This document shows positions 7,480 through 17,300 of a DNA stretch of 46,365 nt, one piece after another. Origin of the DNA: a virus. Taxonomy: Duplodnaviria > Caudoviricetes. Under the pieces are notes generated by a model. It made no database searches. It was given only the letters and a program-made list of their open reading frames with translations, and was not told the origin of the DNA. The stretch is from the IMG/VR virus record IMGVR_UViG_3300030207_001042, positions 1-46,365 of that record. One strand, given 5' to 3'. The position numbers and the translations under genes are program-made. Position 1 is the stretch's first letter. Every line of letters begins with the position of its first letter.

Positions 7480-7495
7480 TGTCTTTGTAGACACT
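7478..7495. repeat. Palindrome copy 5 (AGTGTCTTTGTAGACACT)
   Basis: Exact reverse complement of copy 3; overlaps the exonuclease TAG stop; abuts P5. Confidence 0.95.
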
Positions 7496-7496
7496 C

Positions 7497-7527
7497 TTTG
7501 GAATGTTTCAACCAAAGTTTAATTTTG
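7497..7527 (+). promoter_or_regulatory. Bacteroidota-type promoter P5
   Basis: TTTG (7497-7500), 19 bp, TAATTTTG (7520-7527). Confidence 0.6.
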
Positions 7528-7550
7528 AAACAAAAGTAAATTAATTAATT

Positions 7551-7841
7551 ATGCAAGACGAAAAAATTTTCGCAGACGGGTTTAGTTTTAAGACTCGTAA
7601 AGAACAACCTGAGTGGGTTGTTGGTAGAGTATCTATCAAATTAGAAGACGCAATCCCTTTTTTAAAAGAGAATGCAAGTAATGGTTGGGTAAACCTAAAC
7701 ATCAACACTGCAAGAAGTGGTAATCATTATATTGAACTTGACACTTGGAAACCAAGTGAAAAGAAAAATGATGAAAGAGATGCAAATGAAGAAAGAAAAA
7801 TGGAAGAAACTGCTAAGGCAGATGAGAGTTTACCTTTCTAG
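7551..7841 (+). CDS. Small ssDNA-binding-like protein
   Basis: Acidic tail ending DESLPF; YIELDTWKP; position after SSAP/exonuclease. Confidence 0.65.
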   Translation: MQDEKIFADGFSFKTRKEQPEWVVGRVSIKLEDAIPFLKENASNGWVNLNINTARSGNHYIELDTWKPSEKKNDERDANEERKMEETAKADESLPF

Positions 7842-7860
7842 TTTAATCGCTACTCAAATT

Positions 7861-7886
7861 AAGGAGGGTATATCCCTCCTTTTTTT
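7861..7886 (+). terminator. Intrinsic terminator
   Basis: AAGGAGGG-TATAT-CCCTCC followed by a T run. Confidence 0.85.
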
Positions 7887-8045
7887 GTGTCGAAATGTTA
7901 ATAACTACGTTGATATATATATTGTATATATTTTTTTTAATTATATTTTTATTTATATATTTATTTCGTTAATAAAATCGACATAATCGACACAGTAACT
8001 GAAACTCAGTCACTTACAATTTAATAACCGACATAAAACCGACAC
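7886..8045. other. Candidate replication origin (YCGACAY repeats, AT-rich tract, hairpin)
   Basis: Four direct repeats and one inverted copy around a very AT-rich tract, directly upstream of primase-helicase. Confidence 0.5.
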
Positions 8046-8049
8046 AATT

Positions 8050-10470
8050 ATGACATCAAACATCACAATCTTTAAGAATATTAAAGAAACTACAACCCCT
8101 TTTTATAGAGATATAAATGTAGTATTAGAAAGAATAAAGGAAGGAGCTTGTAAAGAGCTAGTAAAAAAAATTAGATTAGAAAAGAATAAGGAAGATAGAA
8201 ACGAACTTAAAAAAGAACTTCCCGCTATATGTTTTTCAGGAACCTTTAGTAAAAGGGCGGACTCTTCTATCAATGAACACAGTGGGTTTATTTGTTTAGA
8301 CTTTGACGGCTACAAGAAAATAAAAGAACTGTTATCAGAAAAAGAAACCTTAAGTAAAAGCAAATATGTTTACTCTGTATTCATATCCCCATCAGGAAAT
8401 GGGCTAAAGGTTATAGTTAAAATACCACAAGACATAGATAATCATGTTAATTATTTTAACTCACTTGAAAAACATTTTGATTCACCTCACTTTGATAAGA
8501 CATGTAAAAATATTAGCAGGGTTTGTTACGAATCTTATGACCCTCTACTTTACATAAATGAAAACTCTTCATTATGGGATACGATAGAGGATATAGAATA
8601 CAAAGAGGTAACCGCTCATAAAGACCCGCCAACTATACCTATCACTGATGAAAATAAAATAGTAGAGATACTTGTAAAATGGTGGCAGAAAAAATACCCA
8701 ATGGTTGAGGGTCAAAGAAATCAAAATATTTATATACTTGCTATGGCGTTTAATGACTATGGGGTTAACGAGTCTTTAGCATCTTATGTTCTTGGTCAGT
8801 TTCAAGATTCATCTTTTACAATGACAGAAATAACTAGAACAATAAAGTCTGCCTATTCCCACACCCAAAACTTTGGAAGTAAGTATTACGAAGATGAGGA
8901 AAGGGTAAGTCAAATTAAATCTAAATTAAGAAGAGGTGTAACTAAGAAAGAAATAAGAAGTCAACTTGCAGATTCTAATTTAGATGACCAAACTATTGAG
9001 GCAGTTTTAAATAAAGTAGAAGAAGAAAATTCTTTCAAACAATTTTGGACAAAGAACGATAAGGGTACAATAAAGATTGTTCATATATTATTTAAAATGT
9101 TTTTAGAAGATAACGGTTTCTATAAGTATTGCCCGGAAGGTAGTAGAAATTATGTGTTTGTAAAAGTAACCAACAATTTAATAGACCATACATCAGAAAA
9201 AGAAATTAAAGATTTTATCCTAGACCACTTATTAAACTTAGATGATTCATCTATTTATAATTATTTTGCAGACCACACTAGATTGTTTAGGGAAGAGTTC
9301 TTAACTCTTCTCTCTACAATAGATATATATTTTATTGAGGACACGCAAGACTCTGCCTATTTATATTACAAAAACTGTGCAGTGCAGATAACAAAAGATT
9401 CAATAAAACCTATAGACTATTTAGATTTAGGAGGTTATGTATGGAAAGACCATGTGATAGATAGAAACTTTAACATGTGTAAGATTCAAGATTGTACTTA
9501 TAAAACTTTCATATCTAATATATGCGGTAAGAACGAGGAAAGAATTAACTCTATGGAAAGCACGATAGGTTTTCTATTACACGGTCATAAAAATTTATCT
9601 TATTGCCCCGCAGTTATTTTAAATGATGAATTAATATCAGACAACCCTGAAGGAGGAACGGGTAAAGGATTGTTTATGAATGCTTTATCTCACATGAAAA
9701 AGGTTGTTACTATTGACGGTAAGTCTTTTGTTTTTGAAAGGTCATTTGCTTATCAGCTTGTGTCAGCAGACACACAGATATTAGTATTTGATGATGTAAG
9801 AAAATACTTTGATTTTGAAAGATTGTTTAGTGTAGTGACAGAAGGATTAACATTGGAAAAGAAAAATAAAGATGCAATTAAAATACCGTTTAGTAAGTCT
9901 CCAAAGATAGCTATTACAACTAACTATGCTATAAAGGGAGCGGGTAATTCATTTGCTAGAAGAAAGTGGGAATTAGAATTACATCAACACTATAATAAAA
10001 ACCACACTCCTTTAGATGATTTTAAAAAGTTAATGTTTGGAGAGTGGAATGATGAGGAATGGTGTCAGTTTGATAACTACATGATTAGTTGTTTACAAAA
10101 TTATTTAGCAAACGGGTTGCAGAAAAGTAGGTTCGTAAACTTAGAAATCAGACAGTTATCGGCTGCCACTTCTCATGACTTCATAGAGTGGTGCGGGTTA
10201 TTAGATTCAAACTCAGTGAACACTACATTAAAAGTAGAAGAAAGATTATACAAGCACGACTTGTATATAGATTTTGTTTCAGAGTATCCTGACTATGCTC
10301 CTAAATCAAAGCTAACAATATCACGAACTAGATTTTATAAGTGGTTAGTATCTTATGCTTTGTTTAAAGAAGGAGTACAACCACAAGAGGGTAGAGATTC
10401 AAACGGTAGGTGGATAATAATAAAACAAAAACCAAAGCAACCTTTACATGAAAGGGTGCTAGAATTTTAA
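8050..10470 (+). CDS. Primase-helicase (VirE_N/BT4734-like N-terminus, PriCT-like domain, P-loop helicase)
   Basis: KKELPAICFSG, HSGFICLDFD, FISPSGNGLKV, RVCYESYDP; EGQRNQ; Walker A GGTGKG and Walker B ILVFDD. Confidence 0.88.
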   Translation: MTSNITIFKNIKETTTPFYRDINVVLERIKEGACKELVKKIRLEKNKEDRNELKKELPAICFSGTFSKRADSSINEHSGFICLDFDGYKKIKELLSEKETLSKSKYVYSVFISPSGNGLKVIVKIPQDIDNHVNYFNSLEKHFDSPHFDKTCKNISRVCYESYDPLLYINENSSLWDTIEDIEYKEVTAHKDPPTIPITDENKIVEILVKWWQKKYPMVEGQRNQNIYILAMAFNDYGVNESLASYVLGQFQDSSFTMTEITRTIKSAYSHTQNFGSKYYEDEERVSQIKSKLRRGVTKKEIRSQLADSNLDDQTIEAVLNKVEEENSFKQFWTKNDKGTIKIVHILFKMFLEDNGFYKYCPEGSRNYVFVKVTNNLIDHTSEKEIKDFILDHLLNLDDSSIYNYFADHTRLFREEFLTLLSTIDIYFIEDTQDSAYLYYKNCAVQITKDSIKPIDYLDLGGYVWKDHVIDRNFNMCKIQDCTYKTFISNICGKNEERINSMESTIGFLLHGHKNLSYCPAVILNDELISDNPEGGTGKGLFMNALSHMKKVVTIDGKSFVFERSFAYQLVSADTQILVFDDVRKYFDFERLFSVVTEGLTLEKKNKDAIKIPFSKSPKIAITTNYAIKGAGNSFARRKWELELHQHYNKNHTPLDDFKKLMFGEWNDEEWCQFDNYMISCLQNYLANGLQKSRFVNLEIRQLSAATSHDFIEWCGLLDSNSVNTTLKVEERLYKHDLYIDFVSEYPDYAPKSKLTISRTRFYKWLVSYALFKEGVQPQEGRDSNGRWIIIKQKPKQPLHERVLEF

Positions 10471-10471
10471 A

Positions 10472-10699
10472 ATGGAAGAACAGATATATCAAGCTATGCT
10501 TAATTCATACAAAGTTATTATAGAAGGTGTTGAGCCTTCTATAATAATAGAGTCTAACAAAGGTTACTTTATTCATCACCCGTCTGATGAAGTAGAGAGA
10601 GAAACTTTAGAAGTATTACTTGAGTATTTTGAAAGGGAAGAAGAGTATGATAAATGTATAAAGCTTAAAAAGTTTATAGATAATTATGATAAAGTTTAG
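10472..10699 (+). CDS. Hypothetical protein with UVR-like C-terminus
   Basis: YFEREEEYDKCIKLK. Confidence 0.75.
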   Translation: MEEQIYQAMLNSYKVIIEGVEPSIIIESNKGYFIHHPSDEVERETLEVLLEYFEREEEYDKCIKLKKFIDNYDKV

Positions 10700-11918
10700 A
10701 GATTATCAAAAAGAAATAATTGACAAGAGTCTTTCAATCTTACTAAAGCATAGGTTTGTTTATCTAGCTATGGAGGTGAGGACGGGAAAGACTTTTACTA
10801 GCTTAGGTATAGCTCAAGCTTTGTTTTTAAAAAATGTTTTATTCATAACCAAAAAGAAAGCAATAGGTTCTATTGAAAAAGATTACCAAGACTTAGCTCC
10901 TAAATTCAAATTAATTGTAATCAACTATGAGTCCTTACACAAAGCACCAAGTTTAAAATGGGATATGGTTATTTGTGATGAGTCTCATAGTTTAGGAGCG
11001 TTTCCTAAACCAAACGGTAGAGCAAAGAGTGTGAAGAATTTAATTCAAGAACACAATCCTTATGTGATTTTATTATCAGGAACACCTACTCCTGAATCTT
11101 ACAGTCAGTTGTATCATCAGGTATATGGAATACAAAGCAATCCTTTTAGGTCTTATAAAAACTTCTACAGATTTGCAGATAAACATGTGAGGGTGGTAGA
11201 GAAAAAAATAAACGGTATACATATCAGAGACTATAGTAGAGGTCAGGAAAGTATATTAGATGAATTAAAACCCTACACCCTTACCTTTTCACAAAAGCAA
11301 GCGGGGTTCAAGACGGTTATAAATGAAAAGATTTTAAGCGTCCCAATGCAAGAAAGTACATACAAACTTGCTAGTAAATTAAAAAAAGATTTAGTTGTGC
11401 AAGGTGAAGAAGAAGTGATACTAGCGGACACTCCGGTAAAGCTAATGATGAAACTCCATCAGATATATTCAGGCAGTGTAAAGTTTGAAAGTGGGAACTC
11501 AATGATGCTTGATACTAACAAAGGGGTGTTTATAAAAAAATATTTTGACGGAAAAAAAATTGGAATATTTTATAAATTTAAGGAAGAATTAAATATTCTA
11601 AAGGAAGTTTTTGGAGAAAAGCTTACCACCGAACTGAGTGTCTTTAAAGACACTGACAAAAATATAGCCCTCCAAATACTAAGTGGAAGAGAGGGAATAT
11701 CTCTTAAGCAGGCAGACTGTTTAGTGTACTTTAATATAGACTTTAGCGCTACAAGTTATTGGCAATCAAGAGATAGAATGACAACGAAAAACAGAACCAA
11801 TAACAAAGTGTATTGGGTCTTTGCAGAAAAGGGAATAGAATATAAGATATATAAGGCGGTAGTGAAGAAGAAAGATTATACCGTCAAGCACTTTAAAAGA
11901 GATTTATTAACTTTGTAA
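10686..11918 (+). CDS. SF2 (SNF2-like) helicase
   Basis: FRDYQ, RTGKT, DESH, LSGTP, GREGISL, QSRDR. Confidence 0.9.
   Translation: MIKFRDYQKEIIDKSLSILLKHRFVYLAMEVRTGKTFTSLGIAQALFLKNVLFITKKKAIGSIEKDYQDLAPKFKLIVINYESLHKAPSLKWDMVICDESHSLGAFPKPNGRAKSVKNLIQEHNPYVILLSGTPTPESYSQLYHQVYGIQSNPFRSYKNFYRFADKHVRVVEKKINGIHIRDYSRGQESILDELKPYTLTFSQKQAGFKTVINEKILSVPMQESTYKLASKLKKDLVVQGEEEVILADTPVKLMMKLHQIYSGSVKFESGNSMMLDTNKGVFIKKYFDGKKIGIFYKFKEELNILKEVFGEKLTTELSVFKDTDKNIALQILSGREGISLKQADCLVYFNIDFSATSYWQSRDRMTTKNRTNNKVYWVFAEKGIEYKIYKAVVKKKDYTVKHFKRDLLTL
11637..11654. repeat. Palindrome copy 6 (AGTGTCTTTAAAGACACT), inside helicase CDS
   Basis: Perfect copy, encodes SVFKDT. Confidence 0.95.
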
Positions 11919-11920
11919 AA

Positions 11921-12160
11921 ATGACAGAACAACAAATTCAATCTAAAAGAATAAAAGAATTAGAGTCTATCGGTTATTATGTGGTTAAATTAATTAAGAC
12001 AAACAAAAATGGAATACCGGACTTAATTGCGATACCACCTGACTCTGATGTGTTGTTCGTAGAGGTGAAAACTCCGAAAGGAAAAACCTCAAAGTTACAA
12101 GAGTATAGATTAGAAGAATTAAAAAAACATGGCGTTAGAACAGAAGTATATAGAGGTTAG
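11921..12160 (+). CDS. VRR-NUC domain nuclease
   Basis: TEQQIQ, GIPDLIAI, FVEVK..KG..SKLQ. Confidence 0.9.
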   Translation: MTEQQIQSKRIKELESIGYYVVKLIKTNKNGIPDLIAIPPDSDVLFVEVKTPKGKTSKLQEYRLEELKKHGVRTEVYRG

Positions 12161-12512
12161 AAGTCGGTATGACTTTGATGATTGGTTTGTATCCGAGTTG
12201 GCTACCTGTCCTCATCAGGCAGTGAATGAAATTATAAATCAGTTAGAAGATATAACGATTGGGTTACCATCATTAGATGGGTGGACTCAACAAGTTTGTG
12301 GTGTGGTGAAGGTAAGTGAAAAAAACAACCTAAAAGAACCTTTCTTTTTTACGCTAGAGTATTTAAAACAACACGATGAGATACCGGTTTACTTGGACAT
12401 ACAAGCTATATCTTGCGATGAATATTTAGATTGTGTAATAGAAAAAAATCATATTAAATTAAAAAAAAATTATGGCTCACTTAATAACAGCACTTCCAAA
12501 CAAAAAAAGTAA
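12129..12512 (+). CDS. Hypothetical protein
   Basis: ORF track. Confidence 0.7.
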   Translation: MALEQKYIEVRSRYDFDDWFVSELATCPHQAVNEIINQLEDITIGLPSLDGWTQQVCGVVKVSEKNNLKEPFFFTLEYLKQHDEIPVYLDIQAISCDEYLDCVIEKNHIKLKKNYGSLNNSTSKQKK

Positions 12513-12723
12513 AGTAAAACTAAACGGAGGTTTAGAACAACGACAACAATTAGTTGACGGGTATATAGAATATGTACCTTTAAAGAACGGAGATACTTTA
12601 ATAGTCAATGAAGAAGGTCGTCTTCGTGATTTACCATTTAATCAAATAGCATCAAACTTAGCGGGTAAAATTATAACAGGTGATGTTATACTAATTAGTA
12701 AAGTAGAAATGTTAAACGAATAA
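12472..12723 (+). CDS. DUF3846-like protein
   Basis: QQLVDGYIEYV, LIVNEEG..LPFN..AS, GDVIL. Confidence 0.75.
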   Translation: MAHLITALPNKKSKVKLNGGLEQRQQLVDGYIEYVPLKNGDTLIVNEEGRLRDLPFNQIASNLAGKIITGDVILISKVEMLNE

Positions 12724-12724
12724 A

Positions 12725-12916
12725 ATGACAAAAATATCCGCAGTTGAGCAGAATAGATTAACTCATATAAACCATTTAATCAATGAAGTTCAAGAGGCAA
12801 CTATGGAGGTCTATGAAAAATTTATAGACAAGGAATATGATGCCGCTAAAATAGAAGTAAAAAATTTAATCAACCGTCTTAAAGACGTTCAAGAATCATT
12901 AGAAGATGAAATTTAA
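12725..12916 (+). CDS. Hypothetical protein
   Basis: ORF track. Confidence 0.75.
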   Translation: MTKISAVEQNRLTHINHLINEVQEATMEVYEKFIDKEYDAAKIEVKNLINRLKDVQESLEDEI

Positions 12917-13625
12917 TTCAGACTTTAGACCAAGACTTAAAGGAAATAAAAAGAAAGCCTTCGAGTATTTTACAAAAGACGAAAGAAGAATCCTAGTAAT
13001 TGGGGATATTCATGCTCCATTTGTATTAGACGGTTACCTAGAGTTTTGTCAGGAAACTTATGCAAAACATAATTGTAATCAGGTAATTTTCATAGGGGAC
13101 ATTTTGGATAACCACTACAGTTCTTTCCATCAGACCGACCCGAACGGGATGGGCGGGGGTCAGGAGCTTGAGCATGCAATCGCAATAGTTCAAGAGTGGT
13201 ACAAAGCCTTTCCGGTAGCTGATGTTCTCATCGGGAATCATGACCGCATCATAATGAGGAAGGCAATAGATTCCGATGTACCTCAACAATGGATAAAAAG
13301 TTATAACGAGGTGTTGGGAGTTAATTGGAATTGGACTGAAAGAATAGTATATGACGGTGTTCAGTTCGTTCATGGAGAAGGGGGGACCGCGAGAACAAAA
13401 GCAAAAAACGATATGATGTCCACGGTACAGGGGCATATACATACCCAATGTTACACGGAGTGGCTAGTCGGTAGAAACTTCCGTGTGTTTGGTATGCAAG
13501 TAGGATGCGGCATCGATGGGGGGTCGTATGCCGCTGCCTACGCAAAGCATTTTAAAAAACAGGCAGTAGGTTGCGGGGTAGTTCTCGGTGGTCATACAGC
13601 CATAAATTGTTTAATGGAATTATGA
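12906..13625 (+). CDS. Calcineurin-like metallophosphoesterase
   Basis: GDIH, GDILD, GNHD, HG, GHIH motifs. Confidence 0.9.
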   Translation: MKFNSDFRPRLKGNKKKAFEYFTKDERRILVIGDIHAPFVLDGYLEFCQETYAKHNCNQVIFIGDILDNHYSSFHQTDPNGMGGGQELEHAIAIVQEWYKAFPVADVLIGNHDRIIMRKAIDSDVPQQWIKSYNEVLGVNWNWTERIVYDGVQFVHGEGGTARTKAKNDMMSTVQGHIHTQCYTEWLVGRNFRVFGMQVGCGIDGGSYAAAYAKHFKKQAVGCGVVLGGHTAINCLMEL

Positions 13626-13795
13626 TTTGTAATAATTGTAATAAAGAATTGATATGGGGAGGTGACCACTCTTATGAAGACTACGGTTTAGAGGGTGAAG
13701 GAATTGTTAGTAATTATACTTGCGCTAACCCTTTATGTAATGTGGAAACTATTATTATCTATACCAAAATAGAAGATGAGATTCGAGACGAATAA
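13622..13795 (+). CDS. Small Zn-ribbon protein (MICNNCNKELIWGGDH...)
   Basis: ATGA overlap at 13622; CxxC...CxxxxC. Confidence 0.75.
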   Translation: MICNNCNKELIWGGDHSYEDYGLEGEGIVSNYTCANPLCNVETIIIYTKIEDEIRDE

Positions 13796-14183
13796 AGATT
13801 TAGATAGAGAAACAAAAGCTATATCAAAGTTTGTAAATCTATTCAACGGTACTTTTAAAAAACTAGGACCGAATGATGTAGACTACAGGGTTTATAAAAA
13901 CAATAAACTCGTAGCTTACGTGGAGGTAAAAGGTAGATTAAAAAATATTGAAGATGCTTTTCCTTTATGCGTGGCTGCTAGAAAAGTAGTAAAGCTTGCA
14001 GATAAAAGGTTGAACCCTGTAATTATATGGGCCTGTGAAGATGGTATTGTATATGCTAGAGTGAAAGAAATACAGGGAGAGGTTAGGTGGGGTGGAAGGA
14101 AACCTCGTCCCGGTTCAGCTAATGACGAAGAGCTTATGGTCTATTTTGACAAACAAAAAGCTTTCAAATATTTACGATATTAG
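13776..14183 (+). CDS. Putative PD-(D/E)XK-fold nuclease
   Basis: DVDY...AYVEVKGR. Confidence 0.6.
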   Translation: MRFETNKDLDRETKAISKFVNLFNGTFKKLGPNDVDYRVYKNNKLVAYVEVKGRLKNIEDAFPLCVAARKVVKLADKRLNPVIIWACEDGIVYARVKEIQGEVRWGGRKPRPGSANDEELMVYFDKQKAFKYLRY

Positions 14184-14244
14184 GGGGTATAATACTATTA
14201 CCATGGTAGAGATAGTGCGTTAGAACGCATCTATGAGCCTTGTT

Positions 14245-14382
14245 TTACTTACGTTTTCTTTTTTTAGGCCGTACACGGTCAGGTAACCTGCTTGGTCGGG
14301 GTGACTCGCGTTCCCATCGCTTAGCCATTTCCGGGTAAGTTTTATACATCCATCGTCTTTGTGCTTTACTTTTAAATGGCAT
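14245..14382 (-). CDS. Small basic protein, 45 aa (MPFKSKAQRRWMYKTYPEMAKRWERE...KKRKRK)
   Basis: Manually translated; begins 3 nt after the giant gene's stop. Confidence 0.8.
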   Translation of the reverse strand: MPFKSKAQRRWMYKTYPEMAKRWERESPRPSRLPDRVRPKKRKRK

Positions 14383-14385
14383 AAT

Positions 14386-17300
14386 TTATCTATTATATAT
14401 TCTTCTTAATTGTTCTTCTCTTCTTCTTTTTTCAACTTCTTTTCTTCTTTCATCCTCTCTGTTTTGAGGTGAGTTTTTCTTACGTCTTTCTTCTTGCTGT
14501 TGTCTATAATATTCCTGAGGTCTATATCTTCTTAGCTCTTCTTTAGTAAGTTTAATATCTTTTTTCTTTTCTTCTTTTTTCTTAGGCCCCTTTATGACAT
14601 ACTCACTATAGTTAAATAATTTTAATATAACCTCATTAGGAGGTAGACCACCTTCTAAAACCTCGGAATAGTTTTCAAAAAATCTAGACACTTGATTGGC
14701 AGGAAGTCCTGAAAATTCTACTAGGTCTAAATAAAAATCTTTAGTTAATTTATCAATACGTTCTTGATACTCTCTTCCTTTTTTATTAGCCTTTCCGTAA
14801 TCTTTATAACCTTTAATTAAATCAATTTTGTTTTTAGTTTTAATTAACTCTTCAACCTTATCATAAATTGGTATAGTTCTTCCTACGTCTTCCGCCCACG
14901 GTTTACCTAGGACGTAATTACCTAGAGATTGAATAAGCTCGCCCGCTATAAATAAACCGTTAAGGTTTCCGATAATCGCTGCTCTTATTAAATCTTCATC
15001 ATCCTCTTCTCTTTTTTCTCTTAATAAACCCGGTAAACCTAAAGCCACGTATTGAAAAAACACAGGCATGACGGCATGGTATAACGCGAAAGTACGAAGG
15101 TTTTGCGTCCATGTTCCCTTTCCTTTCTTTCCTCCTGATAATATTTTTCTATACATATTTGTTATAGCCTGCATCTCCTTTCTTAAGTACTGCTTAGGTG
15201 TGGTTAAAAACATATTAAAAGGTCTTACAATAGGATTGGCTGTTTGAAAGTAATCTTTATCTTGAAGGTCGCTAGATTGCTGTGTACGTTTAGTGTCTCT
15301 TTCAAATTTTCTAACAGCATAATCAATAGCTTGTTGTTCCGTAGCGTTAGGGTTTTTCCTTTTAAACTCCGCTTTGTAGTATCTATAATTAGACATACCC
15401 CCTAAATAAATTGCCGCTCTATCCCCAAACTTAGTTGTATACATTAAAAAGTTTACCATCCAATCTTTAGCCGAAACAGGAACGATTGATTCCATTCCCG
15501 TTTCACTATAACTTTCTATAGTTTTAGTAATAGAATTATATTTTCTGTCTTTTAAGTAAACAGAATTTTCTCTTATTTCATTCCACGCTTGCAGTACTTC
15601 AGATTTAGTTTTAGGCGCGTACTTAATCCATTGCACCGGCCCTATGTCATTAGCATAAGTTATGAAAGAAGTTAACTGCTTCAACATAACATTAGGGTTT
15701 AACCCAAGTTTAGATACTATAAAAGCGTCGGTAAATAAGTTTACAGTTTGAGCTCCTATACCACTTCGTATTCCTTTAGAGGCTAGTTTTTCAATTTGAT
15801 TTTTAATTAAACTAAAAACGGTATCTCCGTGAATAGACTTAATAAGTTTACTTATTTCCGGATTGAGTAACATTTTGTCTACATCTTTTAATGGAGACGC
15901 CATCGCTGAAAACCACTCCATATCATTTAGGTAAGTTAACAATACGTCTGTCCCGTCCATACCTGCAATTTTAGCATTAGTTTTTACTCTTACTTTTTGA
16001 GATGCTGCTCCTACAGAGGTTTGAATAACATTGTCTGTTCCTAGTAAATCTAAAGGTTGGTATTCTACCCCATCTCTGTATATTCTTCCTGCATAATTTT
16101 CGTTCCAAGGTAAATTAGTTCTATATATTTCTTTGTATTTTTTATTATAATAATCATATAGAGATGGAAAAAATTCATTTACTTGCCAATCTGCAAACTG
16201 TTTTGTTTCAGTATCTAGAGCGGCTTCAATTTCTCCTGCTATTCTTTTATAGTCGGGTCCCCACATGTTTTCAAAAGCGGGGTGGTTAGCCGGGTCTTTA
16301 AATTGATTATATAAATAATATAATTTATTTTGAGTAGTGCTAGTTACATCAGGAATACTATTATCTTCTATAACTTGCTTTAGTTTCTTTTTAGTTTCGG
16401 AGTTTTTATTTTTATTGTATTCATCTCTTGCTTTTTTAACAGCCTCTGCATCTAAATATATTTCACTACTAAATACATTCTTCATTTTTCTCGCTTTCTT
16501 TTTCCAACTTGGCCCAAATAATTCTTTTAGTTTTTCTCTAATGATTTCTTGATTAATCATTTTTCTTGCTTTAAAATCTCTTGTTGCATCATCTATTTTA
16601 TCCGTTACAAGTTCTTGTAATTTTCCCCCAAACATTTCCCCCGGAGTCACAGAGATTTGATTCATTAAAGTAGAAACGTCCATCCCTCTTGCAAAGAAAT
16701 TACCAACTGAGTTTAAGAGACCTTTTACTACACGCACAATCCTAGGTTTTGCTGCGTCTGCTTGTCTCTTAGCGTCAGCTTTACTGACTGCTTTTTTTAA
16801 TTTAGCCCTTCCTTCTTCGGTGTTTAAATCAACATCTTCTCCTGTTATTTCTTTATAAGCTATCTCTGTATTTCTTTTATACTCTTCATGCTTTGCTTGA
16901 AGCTCTTCTCGTAACCTTTCTTTACCACCAAAAATAAGCTCGTCTAATTGACTATTTACATTAAGAAGGGACTGCGCCTTATTGGGGTTGGTATTCTCCA
17001 TTAAACCTATGTTATTTAGCTCCATAGCCACTTCTAAAGCCACCATAGAGTTCATGTCGGACTCAGTTAAGGTTTCTTTTTGAGCAAGTTTATCGTACTC
17101 TTCCATTAATTTTTGGTTAGCTGCCCCAATTTCTTCAGGGGTAGCGTTCTCTTTTAATGTACTATTTTTTATTTTTTCAAGTTGCTCTTGAGCCTCTACG
17201 TCTACATTGTAAGATTTCTTTTTACCACCTTGTATAACAGAATACTTACCGTTTATTTTATTACGCACTTCTGTCTGAAGAGATTGTACTGTTTTCTTTG

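Noticed and set aside
37-7495. Palindromes as CRISPR repeats or integron attC sites
   Set aside because: Only 18 bp, spaced irregularly by kilobases, also intragenic; no cas or integrase gene visible
7717-7986. 89-aa ORF
   Set aside because: Overlaps the SSB-like gene, a terminator and the AT-rich tract; low complexity
8645-10590. Further CTGATGA matches (8645, 10584 and several on the - strand)
   Set aside because: Inside CDSs with no evident stem II/GAAA/stem III architecture
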